From positions 248,001 to 312,000 of the forward strand of contig CATNEN010000006.1 of NCBI GenBank assembly GCA_950097015.1: DNA of 64,000 nucleotides, in the 5' to 3' direction. A program made the position numbers and the translations under genes. The notes beneath the pieces were generated by a model. It ran no database searches. It was given only the letters and a program-made list of their open reading frames with translations, and was not told the DNA's origin. Origin of the DNA: Macrostomum hystrix. Lineage: Eukaryota; Animalia; Platyhelminthes. The number at the start of each line of letters is the position of its first letter. Position 1 is the stretch's first letter. This document shows, piece by piece, positions 1-10,709 of the stretch.

Positions 1-1408
1 CCTTGGCCATGCGCTTGAAGCCTTGTAAGTGACAAACTTGGTGTATTTGCAGGGCTTTAAATTGCGGTATTTTTGTATGAATTTATAAGAATTCTCCTCT
101 GCCTCAAGAACGGACGAATCGTGGCAGTTAATTCTACTGACGAGCTCAACAGGAGGGCTAATACTATGCTCTTTGGACACAAAGTAGCAAAGCTCCGTTG
201 TGTTGACATGGAAGGGAAACTGATGCGAGTAGCACTTGCAGTTTTCGTATACATACTGCTGCTTGGCCTCCACGACAGACTCGCGATCAGTCCTGGTATA
301 AGTGCGGCGCCGAATGCCGTCGGAGTCGCTGCCAAAACTGGTGACATATTTGATAGTCTGATGTGGCTCCGCGTAGCATTCGCGCTCGCCCGGCTGGTTT
401 AGCGTGACGTACTTTGTCTGATCAACATCTATCATTGCAGAATAGCCATTCTGAACATCATTGTAGATATTTGCTGCAACATAAATAGTGCGAATGGTAG
501 CTCGTATGTTGAACAACTCTAAGACTATGATAGGTTTTTTACTTACAGAGCATTGGATGATCGTAATGATTGTGCATCCAGATGCGAACGCCTTCGATAT
601 CGTAGCGGCCCCCTGAGAGGATCTGGTTGATTGTCCGCTCACCAGACGTAATAAACTCCTTCAGTGAGTACGGATGCGTCATTTCCTCAGCATCCAACTT
701 TCGTCTGATGTAGGACGCATTTTGCGAGTACACCGATTCATGAAAGTTGCTGTCGGTGTACAGAATCAGGTTCAAGCCAGTGTCCTCCATGTGTCCAGTG
801 CTAGCGAATCGGTATTGCGGTGACGGACTGAATGTGTAGCAGTTCCAATATCGATAGTTCTGAATGAGACTGAAGTTCTTTGGACCGCAGTGGATTCCGT
901 TGAACGAGCAGTGCACCAACATCATCTTGTCCATCATGCCAAGGTCTCGACTGTCGTCTGAGACCCAGAAAATTTGGAGGAATCGTTCAAATATCTCATT
1001 AAGTCTGCGATGATAATCGACTCGTGACTCATTGGCTCTTCTTTTTCGTTTTTCCGGCCACCACTTCTCGAAGAATCCAAAGCGACTTTCAAAGTGCTGA
1101 TGCAAGACCTCTTTGTAGTATTCCCCGAGTGTTTCCGACATTGGCTTGAGATTGCACAATGTGACATCGGGAAATTCGGCCTCAACTAAATCGTCGATGA
1201 GAATAGAGGTGACTGGAGTCTCCAAATAGTTGCGTACAGTCATGATGACGTGGAATAAGCAGGCGCCGGTTCCGGCGATGGTGAGCACAAACCAGAACAC
1301 TTTCCGACAGTAGTCAGTTGAATGGTACATGTGGCTAAGGCCGTGCATGGAGGACCTGTGTCCATATTCGTGAAAGTTTCTCACAATGCTGCGCCGATTC
1401 GGCGGCAT
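1..1408 (-). CDS. DEG/ENaC (ASIC/FaNaC-like) sodium channel, paralog A; runs off the window at its 3' end
   Basis: Exon 1 1408-547: pre-TM1 SMHG motif, TM1 (VFWFVLTIAG), FPDVTLCN, CSFNG and WNCYTF; donor GTAAGT, phase 1. A 73-bp intron follows. Exon 2 starts at 473, is not in the ORF track, and reads SNIYNDVQNGYSAMIDVDQTKYVTLNQPGERECY...ENCKCYSHQFPFHVNTTELCYF, colinear with exon 2 of paralog B. Confidence 0.92.
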
Positions 1409-2851
1409 GGCTCACAAAGATACAGGGCAGGACTGGTGTAGTAGGAGTAGAGTAACACATCCATGAAGGCAGCTAGCTAGCGTTATATACAACTGCACGA
1501 CTGTCGGATTAACCAACAAGTGTCATTGCAGGGCAATGAGTTCTGGCAGAATGGGAAGAGCACCGGCTGGATCTGGCTGGCAGCAATTACCCCGATACTA
1601 GCTGGAGTTCCGCAGCGTCCATTTCCGGCCAAGCCCCACCATCCATCCGTCCGCACGCAACACTTGCAGAGCCGCGCCCCGCCCTATAAAAGACACGACG
1701 GATGAGAAGCCCTACAATCTGTTCGCTATCTGACGCAGCCCTCTTTTAGTGTTGAATGTTTGATCAAACGAAGCCCATCAAATCAATACTGAGTAAGGGA
1801 AATACAACGGAAATTTCAACCAATCGCAGGTCGTGATCTGTGTGACCTCGATCTGCTTTTAACGAGCTCTCGCAATCCAATTTTAAATCGAAATCGATAG
1901 GAGTTGCGCCAGTGTACAGTAAAAGCTAGCTTTTAGTCCCGTGGTTAAACTTAAACAGCTGCGGCTGTGCTACCTGCTACGAGGTAGGGCCTTAAGCTGA
2001 TTTTGGTATCTTTCAGTACAAACTCTTTCGTGCATCCGATCTTTAAATTACCAAATCGGTTAATTTCAAAATAATTGTGACACAGCAGTCAAGGATTCTT
2101 TGGAAGGAGTCTGAAAAAGCTTGGAAGTATCTTCCACTTCTACCTGAAATTGCATTGCTGTACATTTCGCTTACTTGGTTTATTTAACTTGCAGCGTTTG
2201 CAGCGAATGAGTGGAGAAACCTGGCAGTTACACAAAGGCAGTTAGGAACGGATTTTTGCAAAACCATGCCAGGACTTGTACGTGCGCTGCGCACGGGTCA
2301 GCGATAGTTACTATGGGAAGCAAACTGGTAGCCAATTATCTATCCGAGCTAGTTCCAAAGTGAATGCACTTTCGACAGGGGGGCGGGCACTTTGAATGCC
2401 TATTGCAATGCACTTCTGTGGCAAGCATTTGATAAGCATTTGATAATCTAAATCTATAGCATTTGATAACTATATGATAGTGTAATATTTGTAACGAATG
2501 GATTAATAGGCATAATTTTGATTTTAATGAATTGGCCTTTTAAGTGTACCATTTCATGAAGGCTTAGATGCCACTTGCATTTTCTTATCTATCCTGTTGC
2601 TAAGTCGCATATTTTTCGATAGTTACTAGACAATGATGTATTATTGGCTGTAAGCTCACATTATATTATTTTTGCTCGCTTCAACGGTCTATGAACAAGA
2701 GGTGCCCAAAATCATGCAATGCCGGTAGAGAGTGCACCAATGATTTTGACCGTTTGCACAGTCGCTCATTGCCATTCTCTACTGCATCCTTGTAGCATGA
2801 TTGTTTGATTGACTCTACCGCTGGGTTTGCAATCTGTTAATATGGACTTCT

Positions 2852-3176
2852 ATAGCTAGGATCTATAGCAATATAGCTGGATACTAGCTAGGATCTATAG
2901 AAATATAGCTGGATACTAGCTAGGATCTATAGAAATATTGCTGGATACTAGCTAGGATCTATAGAAATATTGCTGGATACTAGCTAGGATCTATAGAAAT
3001 ATTGCTGGATACTAGCTAGGATCTATAGAAATATTGCTGGATACTAGCTAGGATCTATAGAAATATTGCTGGATACTAGCTAGGATCTATAGAAATATAG
3101 CTGGATACTAGCTAGGATCTATAGAAATATAGCTGGATACTAGCTAGGATCTATAGAAATATAGCTGGATACTAGC
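2852..3176. repeat. Minisatellite, 32-nt unit TAGCTAGGATCTATAGAAATAT(A/T)GCTGGATAC, about 10 copies
   Basis: Directly visible period of 32 (CTAGCTAGG at 2884 and 2916). Confidence 0.95.
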
Positions 3177-3570
3177 GAAAGAGGTCAATGTCTAGCACGC
3201 TCAGTAACGCAGAGATGATAATGTCTATGGCGAAACATTTGATTCCACGTCATGCATGACTGGTGCGCGCAGGGTAAAAAGGAATTCTGATTCAGGAACG
3301 TCAACTCGTGCGTCAATGGCAAAAAGCACTCTGAAAAGCGAATGTCCCAGGACTTTTTGTTAAAGCTTAAGCCTCTAATTTTTTTCTTTTCGCGTCCGTG
3401 TATTTTTAGTTGCTACAGATGCACTTTTCATCTATGGGAACACGATGCCCTCGTAAGTGTTTCATATTCTTTCTAACAACAAACCGCGAGTCGTATTAAT
3501 GCACGATGGATTTCTACCCTGACCAAGCTGATCGAGCTCGCGCCAAGTTCCCTGAGTATCCCTGAGATAT

Positions 3571-3795
3571 TCATGTGGGGCGCAGTTGCGAAGAGAGGGC
3601 TTGTGGGTGCAATGTTTCGCGCAACTTACGCTCTTGAGGGCCAACCTCCAAAGCACAGTGAGAGTGTACACTGCCTGACGATGAGAAAGTCAGGGCAGAT
3701 GTACACACCTGTGTGAGTGCGAGTCTGTTCACGGTACCTGTTTGTGTGTGTGCTCCGGAGTCAGCGAAATGTGCAGAATTGCCTCCCTCTTGCAA
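3571..3795 (+). mobile_element. SINE family A, 5'-truncated
   Basis: Shares GAGGGCCAACCTCCAA.GCACAGTGAGAGTGTACACTGCCTGACGATGAGAAAGTCAGGGCAGATGTACACACCTGTGTG with the other copies. Confidence 0.8.
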
Positions 3796-3869
3796 ATATA
3801 CAATTTTTTCTTTTTTTGGGCGACTGTCCAAACGACGGAAACAAAATTTCTGACTATTGAGTATGTCAC

Positions 3870-6800
3870 TTAGGTAAAAGAGGGCTGCTCTCTGATCTGA
3901 ACGGGTCCGGGAGCCCGCCTCATCGTCTCCTCTTCCATCATGCGGCTGAGCAGCTGCTCCATGTGGTGCTGCATGCCGCCGCTGTTTGGCAGGCTTTCTT
4001 GATCTCCGCCCGAGTGTGACGGCCTGTTGTCTCTGCTGAATGCCATGAGGTAGAATAGCTCGATAAACTCAAAGAATGTGAGCAGACTCATGCCAACCCA
4101 CAGGCCGAAGATGCCGCCAATCTGAAGGACGAATAAAGAGACTGGTTTGCCACGCTTTTCTACTGTCCTAATAGTGCAGCAGAAAGGCGTCTGCGATATT
4201 GAACATCTCTTAAATATATTAAATATGGAGCTCTGAATGTGGAATCCTTACAGAGACACAAAGCCTCACTTTCCAGAACAATTTCGACTGACTGGCTGTC
4301 CCACTTTTACAAAATATTGATAGGCCCTACCCCTCGTAATGCGCTACCTGAAAAAACACTTTAAAAAATATACTTTTCAGTAGATTTTTTAGTGTTTGTT
4401 TCATTTTTTGGGCGCAGCTGCAGAGAAGGCTTGGATGTCTTTCGTACAATTTACGTCCTTGAGGGCCAATCTCCAAGGCACAGTGAAAGTGTACACTGCC
4501 TGACGATGAGAAAGTCAGGGCAGATGTCTGCGTTCAGTATCCGTGTGCGTATGTGCTCAGAAGTCAGCAAAATTGGCAGAATTTCCTCCTCGCTGGCCGC
4601 AGATATAGTGTCACTTCAACTTCGTGGCAACGGCGTTTAATTAATTGCCCCGTAACAATGGGGTCGATAGAAATTTTAACCAATCATGCTCATTGGAAGC
4701 CAGAGTTGACCTTCTGAAAAACGAATCTGATAAAATAATCATAAAGTTTATTCGCCTTCATAGCCACATCAACAATTCCACTGCTAACTGAAACTAGTAA
4801 TCAGAATTTAGTTCTTGTTGAACATACCTCAGACAAGGCCTCTGGCCATTCGTAGCTGAACTTCTCCTCATAAGTGGCAGCTGCTGGTGAAGTCAGCCGA
4901 ATAATCACCTGCAGGACATTATATGCCATTTTCTCTTTGTCTAGACACCAGAAATCGTCTATTTTTTCCGTGACATCAATATTATTATGACAATCCTGAT
5001 TGAGCAGCCTACTCAGCGCCAGCTCTTCGTGGCTCAGGATCGTCTTGTTCACCAGAGCGGAGACAGCTTCATTGGTGAAGTTGAAAATGTGATGCACGTG
5101 AGCGTCACCCTTGCCAATGAACTCTTGTCCGCTTTGCATTTTCGGAATGAGAAACTCGTTGACGAAATCGATGTGCTCGTCACTCCGCGGCCAGGAGCTG
5201 ATAGTCTTGAACGTGGTGAACTTCCTGTACTCGCATGGCTTGTACTTTCGGAAATCCCGGATGAAGCTGTAGGAGTTCTCCTCTGCAATTCGCAGGTACT
5301 CGTCATGACAGGTGATGCGGTCCAGCAGGTCCTTGCTCGGCTGCCTTCTCAGGTGCAGTGGCACGTAGTAGCAGAGCTGAGTCAGGTTCACGTGGAACGG
5401 GAAGTGGTGCGTGTAGCAGCGGCAGTTTTCGAACACAAACAGCTGCTTGGCTTCCACGGCGTATTCCCGGTCATTTTTGGTGTATTTTCGCTTCCGCTCA
5501 GTGCCAGGTTTGTGGCCGAAGCTAGTGGTGTACTCAATAATCTCCTGAGGATCAGTTGAGCATTCCCTCTCGCCGGGTTGATTCAGTGTCATGTACTTCA
5601 TTTGATCAACCTGAATCATTGCCGACTTGCCATTCTGGACGTCGTTATAGATTGAGGCTGCAATTTATGATTTTGTTTGATCTGTAAGAAGGCTACTGTA
5701 CTTTTCCTCCGGCGTTTACCTCACAGAATCCATGTGGTTTGCCCTCCGTTGTTTCCCCTCCGATATTTCCCCTCCGACATTTCCCCTCCGACGTATCCCC
5801 TCTTGGATTTCCCCTCGAATACTTCCCCTGCGTCTCAAAGGAAATATTAAATAGATTAATATTGGCCATGGCAGAGCTGGAATTTCGCACAAAATTAATT
5901 TCTATAAAGTATCCGTCGCTTTTTCTGCCCTATCTGATTTTGATTTTGATTTCGGGCACAACGGCCACTTCTTCAACTAAATTCAGGTGAGATACTTCCA
6001 GACGACATTGACTTAGGTATCAGTGATAACTCATAATTTCATCCCAATCCGTTAAGGAAAATCCGGAAACGGAAAATAGTACGAGTTATAAAGTGACAGC
6101 ATAATCCAACTGCTACTTACATATCATCGGGTGGTCGACTCTCATGTGCAGCCATATTCGAATGCCCTCAATGTCGTATCGGCCGCCGGAAAGAATTCTG
6201 TTAAACGTCCGCCCGCCAGAGGTAATGTACTCTTTCAGAGAATAGGGCCGTGTCATCTCCTCCTCGTCAAATTTTTTCCTACTATAGGATGCCATTTGCT
6301 CGAAGATGGACTCGTGGAAGTTGCTGTCCGTGTACAGGATCAAATTCAGGCCGGTGTCCTCCATGTGTCCGCTGCTGGCAAACTGAAACTCAGGCGACGG
6401 GCTGAATGTGTAACAGTTCCAGTAGCGATAGCTCTGCACGAGGCTGAAGTTCTTATGCCCGCACGGTATTCCATTGAACGAGCAGTGAAGCAGCATCACT
6501 TTGTCCATCATGCCAAGGTCACGGCTATCGTCGGTGACCCAAAAAATCTGCAGATACCGCTCGAAAATCTTCTTTAATCGTCTGTGATATTCAACTCGGG
6601 ACTCATTTGATTGCCTCTTTCTTTCATTCGGCCACCACTGTTCAAAGAAGCCCCAGTTATCCTCGAAGTGCTGATGCACAACATCCTTGTAGTATTCGCC
6701 AAGAGATTCTGACATTGGTTTCAGGTTGCACAAGGTGACGTCTGGGAATTCCGCCATGGTTGAGTCGTCAATGAGTATAGACGTGACGGGGGTCTCCAGG

Positions 6801-6979
6801 TAATTGCGCACAGTCATGATAATATGGAAGAAGCAGGCGCATGTTCCAGCAATAGTTAGCACTAGCCAGAAGGCCTTACGGCAGAGGTCTCCGCTTTGAT
6901 ACATGTGACCCAGACCGTGCATTGAAGTCCTGTGGCCATACTCGTGGAAGTTTCTGATAACACTGCGAACTGTAGGCAT
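3870..6979 (-). CDS. DEG/ENaC (ASIC/FaNaC-like) sodium channel, paralog B, complete (646 aa predicted)
   Basis: Exons 6979-6121, 5657-4828 and 4121-3870 with GT/AG boundaries and matching phases (1, 0). HG motif, TM1, Cys-rich extracellular loop, and TM2 EALSE|IGGIFGLWVGMSLLTFFEFIEL with a GxS selectivity filter. Confidence 0.95.
4405..4615 (+). mobile_element. SINE family A, 5'-truncated, in ENaC-B intron 2
   Basis: Same body motif as the other family A copies. Confidence 0.8.
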
Positions 6980-7914
6980 TTTTTCATTGAAAGTCTCCGG
7001 CTATGAAAATCCCTCTGCTTTGGCGAGATTAAGTACCTTGATTATCTCTTTCTAGATGGGGGTCATGACCACTGAACGGTTACCTACGATAAAATGGGAA
7101 GTCAATAATTCAGTTTTTGTTGACAATGGTCGTTCTTTTTTAAGAAAATTATTGCGCCAATTAAACAAAGGCAAACTGCGCAGCTGTGCCCCAGTTCGCA
7201 AATATAGCTCTCTGCCGTCCGAATCGGGCTTTAAGTATTTTTGCGCCTCCGTGAAAGATTGGCAGCATCGACCCGAACCCATTCATCGTCTTCCCTATCC
7301 CCAATCTGTTTCTGCATGCGTGACCCTCTCTGTTTCGCAATGTTCAGCCCCAGGACACAAATCGCTGATTCACACGAGTGAAACTCCCGTGGGCTGCGCC
7401 AAAGGAACCGAAGCCAAGCTGTACATTCGAATTCGCTCCTGGCCGCTAGGCATCGGTAATCGTGGCATCACGCAGCATGGCTGACATTATGCCGCTTACT
7501 GCAGCTCTCCCCTCAGTTGACTGTGGATCGGTTAGGCCATTTTTATTTACCTCTTTCTTCAGTTACTTAATGTAAACTGGTTATTTAAATAGATATTGGT
7601 TGAAATGCGCCGCGTTCAAAGGCTGGAGGAATACGGCCTGAACTTGGAAGGATGGGTTTTCATTTCCAACGAACTTGAATTTAAATTGTGATTTGACTCG
7701 CATGCCTCAGCTTCGTGTCAAAAGTGGACAGCAATAGATCCACTTAGACCCACAAAATCCCAATTTTTTCCCATTTATCCCCCAGGGTACAATGGTAAGG
7801 ACTGGCGTGAGATCTCCCTGTGGTCCTAGTCGACTAGATCGACCATGCAGCCACTGATTTCAGCCGGTTTGGTTCGAGGATCCATTCTAGAGCCTAAGTT
7901 GACATCCTCTACCC

Positions 7915-8315
7915 CAGGGGTCGGCAAACTCCGGCCCGCGGGCCAGATGCGGCCCTCGAAGCTCCCAAATCCGGCCCATTGCCCCTTCTGACATCTACAG
8001 TGTCCTGTTTCATCTCTCGTGTCTAATCTCTCCTGTGTCTCATCTCTCCCGTGTCTAATCTCTCCTGTGTCTCATCGCTCTCGTGTCTAATCTCTCCCGT
8101 GTCTTATCTCTCCCGTGTCTCATCTCTCCCGTGTCTAATCTCTCCCCTGTCTTATCTCTCCCGTGTCTAATCTCTCCCGTGTCTCATCTCTCCCGTGTCT
8201 CATCTCTCCCGTGTCTCATCTCTCTCCTATCTCATATTTATACATTCAATGCGGCCCGCTGCCGTCTTTTAGGTTCTCTCTTTGGCCCGCCAGCAAATAA
8301 GTTTGCCTACCCCTG
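7915..8315. mobile_element. Non-autonomous hAT (Charlie/MER58-like) MITE, 401 bp
   Basis: TIRs CAGGGGTCGGCAAACT and AGTTTGCCTACCCCTG (15/16), perfect 8-bp TSD CTCTACCC (7907-7914 and 8316-8323), GGCCCGCGGGCC subterminal motifs, and an internal 16-nt tandem repeat. Confidence 0.93.
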
Positions 8316-9033
8316 CTCTACCCCCAGCTATCCATGCGCTGAAATTTGACCTACCGATCTCTCAATCTGGAAGCTCCGCTTGAAACTAAAGGATTCTACA
8401 TAGACAAAGGTATGAAATCGCTGATATTAGCATTGAATGAAGAGCTGTTTGAGCTGCAGACCAGAAAGTAAATATACTCCAAGGCTAGGACTGGCTGACT
8501 AGGCTAGGCTAGGCTAGGCTAGACTAGGCAAGGCTAGGAGCAGCATGCATGCGATCTATTAAATTCCAACGAATCCCATTGTCACTCCTACAATGCCGCA
8601 GAAGATTTGCATTTCTGCTTTTCAAATAAACCCTTTGTGAAGCTTATTTCACTAGAGAGTTTGCTGAAAAAATTATAAACTGAAGACTTTGTATATGCGG
8701 CATGCATGTGTTGTGTTCTCTTACTCTATAGCATTTGCTTAGCTCGAGACGATGTGTGTGGCCAAGAATCTGAGCACTTTCTTAGAAACATCAACGACAC
8801 CGAATTCTTACACAGGCTTAGTAAAGTCCATTTTAAAGAACGATTATATTTTTAGGACAATAATATTCTTAGCATATTAGATTGTTAGCATCGCTTGATG
8901 ATTGAATATTCAGACCAGGACCTATAACTATCAGGGGAGCGGCGGAAGCACTTAGGGTCTGTAAATAGCTGGTTGTTGGGGAGGTCAGTCAGGACAGAGC
9001 GGACTCTCAGCTCTCTCAGCAGATCCTCCAGCT

Positions 9034-9455
9034 TCACTCGCGCTCAATGGCAGCCCCGCCAGGCCGGAAGGCCTTGACCTCCTGGGCCTCCTGCACCAGG
9101 GCGCAGAATGAGCAGAAGAACCAAAGCAGCAAGTCGCCGCAGCAGCTGCCGTCGATTCCCTGCTTCTCACGGATTTTGCCGCGGATGAACGGGCCCAGAC
9201 AGATGGCGAAACCGAGGCAGAAGCCAAGGCCGCACAGCACGCAGCTCTGCCCGACGGCCTCGGCGTTCTTGCCGAAAGTGTAGCACGGAATGAAGTACGT
9301 AATCACGCACAGGCCTGACATTGCGATTGTATAAAATCGAAAGTTTATGAGGAAGAGATTCTATAGACACTACTAAAGAGACTTTGTAAACGTTGAACTG
9401 GAAACTTACAGCAGTCATCGAAGCATCCACACAGGCCATGCTGAAAATCCGGCAT
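9034..9455 (-). CDS. PLAC8/cornifelin-family Cys-rich protein (108 aa)
   Basis: Exon 1 9455-9410 (MPDFQHGLCGCFDDC, donor GTAAGT), 95-bp intron, exon 2 9314-9034 (CLCVITYFIPCYTFGKNAE...IRGKIREKQGIDGSCCGDLLLWFFCSFCALVQEAQE). These are typical PLAC8-domain motifs. Confidence 0.93.
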
Positions 9456-10709
9456 AGTGTTCTACTCTGCGCTCTCCCTGAGTTACTATCGAAATTTTGT
9501 AGCGACAGCTGGCTACTCTAATGAAGTTCCTCTCTAGTTGCTCTCGGGCTGTGAGAAGCTGTGAGAATATCTGGTCCAGCCGACCCACGCTCTGTTTAAT
9601 AACTGGGCGACGCCCCGCACCCACCCGCCCCGCATCTGATGTGTGCGCAATTGTGTGCGAAGGGCAAACTCACGCCATGTTAGCATGGCAACCTGGGGAA
9701 AACAAGGCCATTTCAGCCTCTCTCTGCCGCACCCCCCTGACTCACATTAGAATTGTGCGGTCTCGAGTTGACAACCTCGAATTGCACTGTGGAGATAGGA
9801 TGCTTCACAGTGTCGAGTTAACGAATAGTAGTTTGTACACAACGCATGATACAGGAGATGGAGTCGGTATGAATTTAATATATAAAAATGTAATCAAATC
9901 GCTAATTGCTAGAATGGACAATTTTTGCAAAGTTGCGAATTCGTAAAGACATTGAAAATACTGTATTTGAATTCGAATTTGCGAATTATACTATCTTCGC
10001 TGTGTAATTTGGTGTTGTAAAACTATGACGTTGTGAAATTTCGGGTTTATAAAGTTTCCCTGATGCGACTATGTGAGATTTTAGGTTTGTGAAAGCACCA
10101 AGATTCAGAGAAGGCTGTCGCCTTTATTGTCTCATGCAAGCTACATCATCCTCTGTTGACGCCATAGAAAATGCCATAGACAAGACTTGATTTGTTTAAG
10201 GGAGGTGAAAGCTTCCCAGCTTTCTACGAAATCTATTCAATTATAAATAACCGCATGTGTGTATATGTATTTCGTTTGCTGTAAAATAACAAAAAACTTC
10301 TGCAGGCACAAGAGACAAGCGAAAATGGGCAGAGAGAAGCAGAAAAAAAACTGGGTGCTTTGGTATGTTTAAATTGGGACGAAAACCAAGGACCAAACAT
10401 CGGAGTTTCCAAGTAGCTAACTCAATATAGTGACTTTTATGAGTTCTAATTACAGGTTGCATTCTTTACAGGTCTTCACTCTCCACTCTAAAAAATAACA
10501 CCTTATATATACTTCATAGGGCTAAAACTGGCCTTTCGGATGCACAATTAGCCATCAAATTTCTTGCATACTTTTTAATCAGTCAATAATTTCCTCTGCA
10601 CACTACTTTGAGTAGCCACAAACTGTTCCCAACTTGTAAATAGCTTTGAGGGGTAGAGACGAACGAGGGCGTCACGTGACGGAGAGGTTGGGGCGGACGT
10701 CGGTCAGAG

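Noticed and set aside
1521-1830. Possible solo LTR or promoter (TG start, GC-box plus CTATAAAAG at about 1684)
   Set aside because: No matching CA end, TSD or second copy could be identified; the TATA faces away from the nearest gene.
3665-3710. Hammerhead-ribozyme-like core (CTGACGA...GAAA) in SINE A
   Set aside because: Only 3 nt separate CTGANGA from GAAA, there is no helix III or NUH cleavage triplet before the helix I partner, and the CTGAC pairs with the downstream GTCAG as a simple hairpin.
4987-5559. Antisense or overlapping ORFs on real exons (e.g. 4987-5559, 6131-6577, 13055-13417, 16606-17304, 27622-28143, 49870-50418, 55233-55577)
   Set aside because: Shadow ORFs expected from GC-rich codon usage on the opposite strand; no recognisable motifs.
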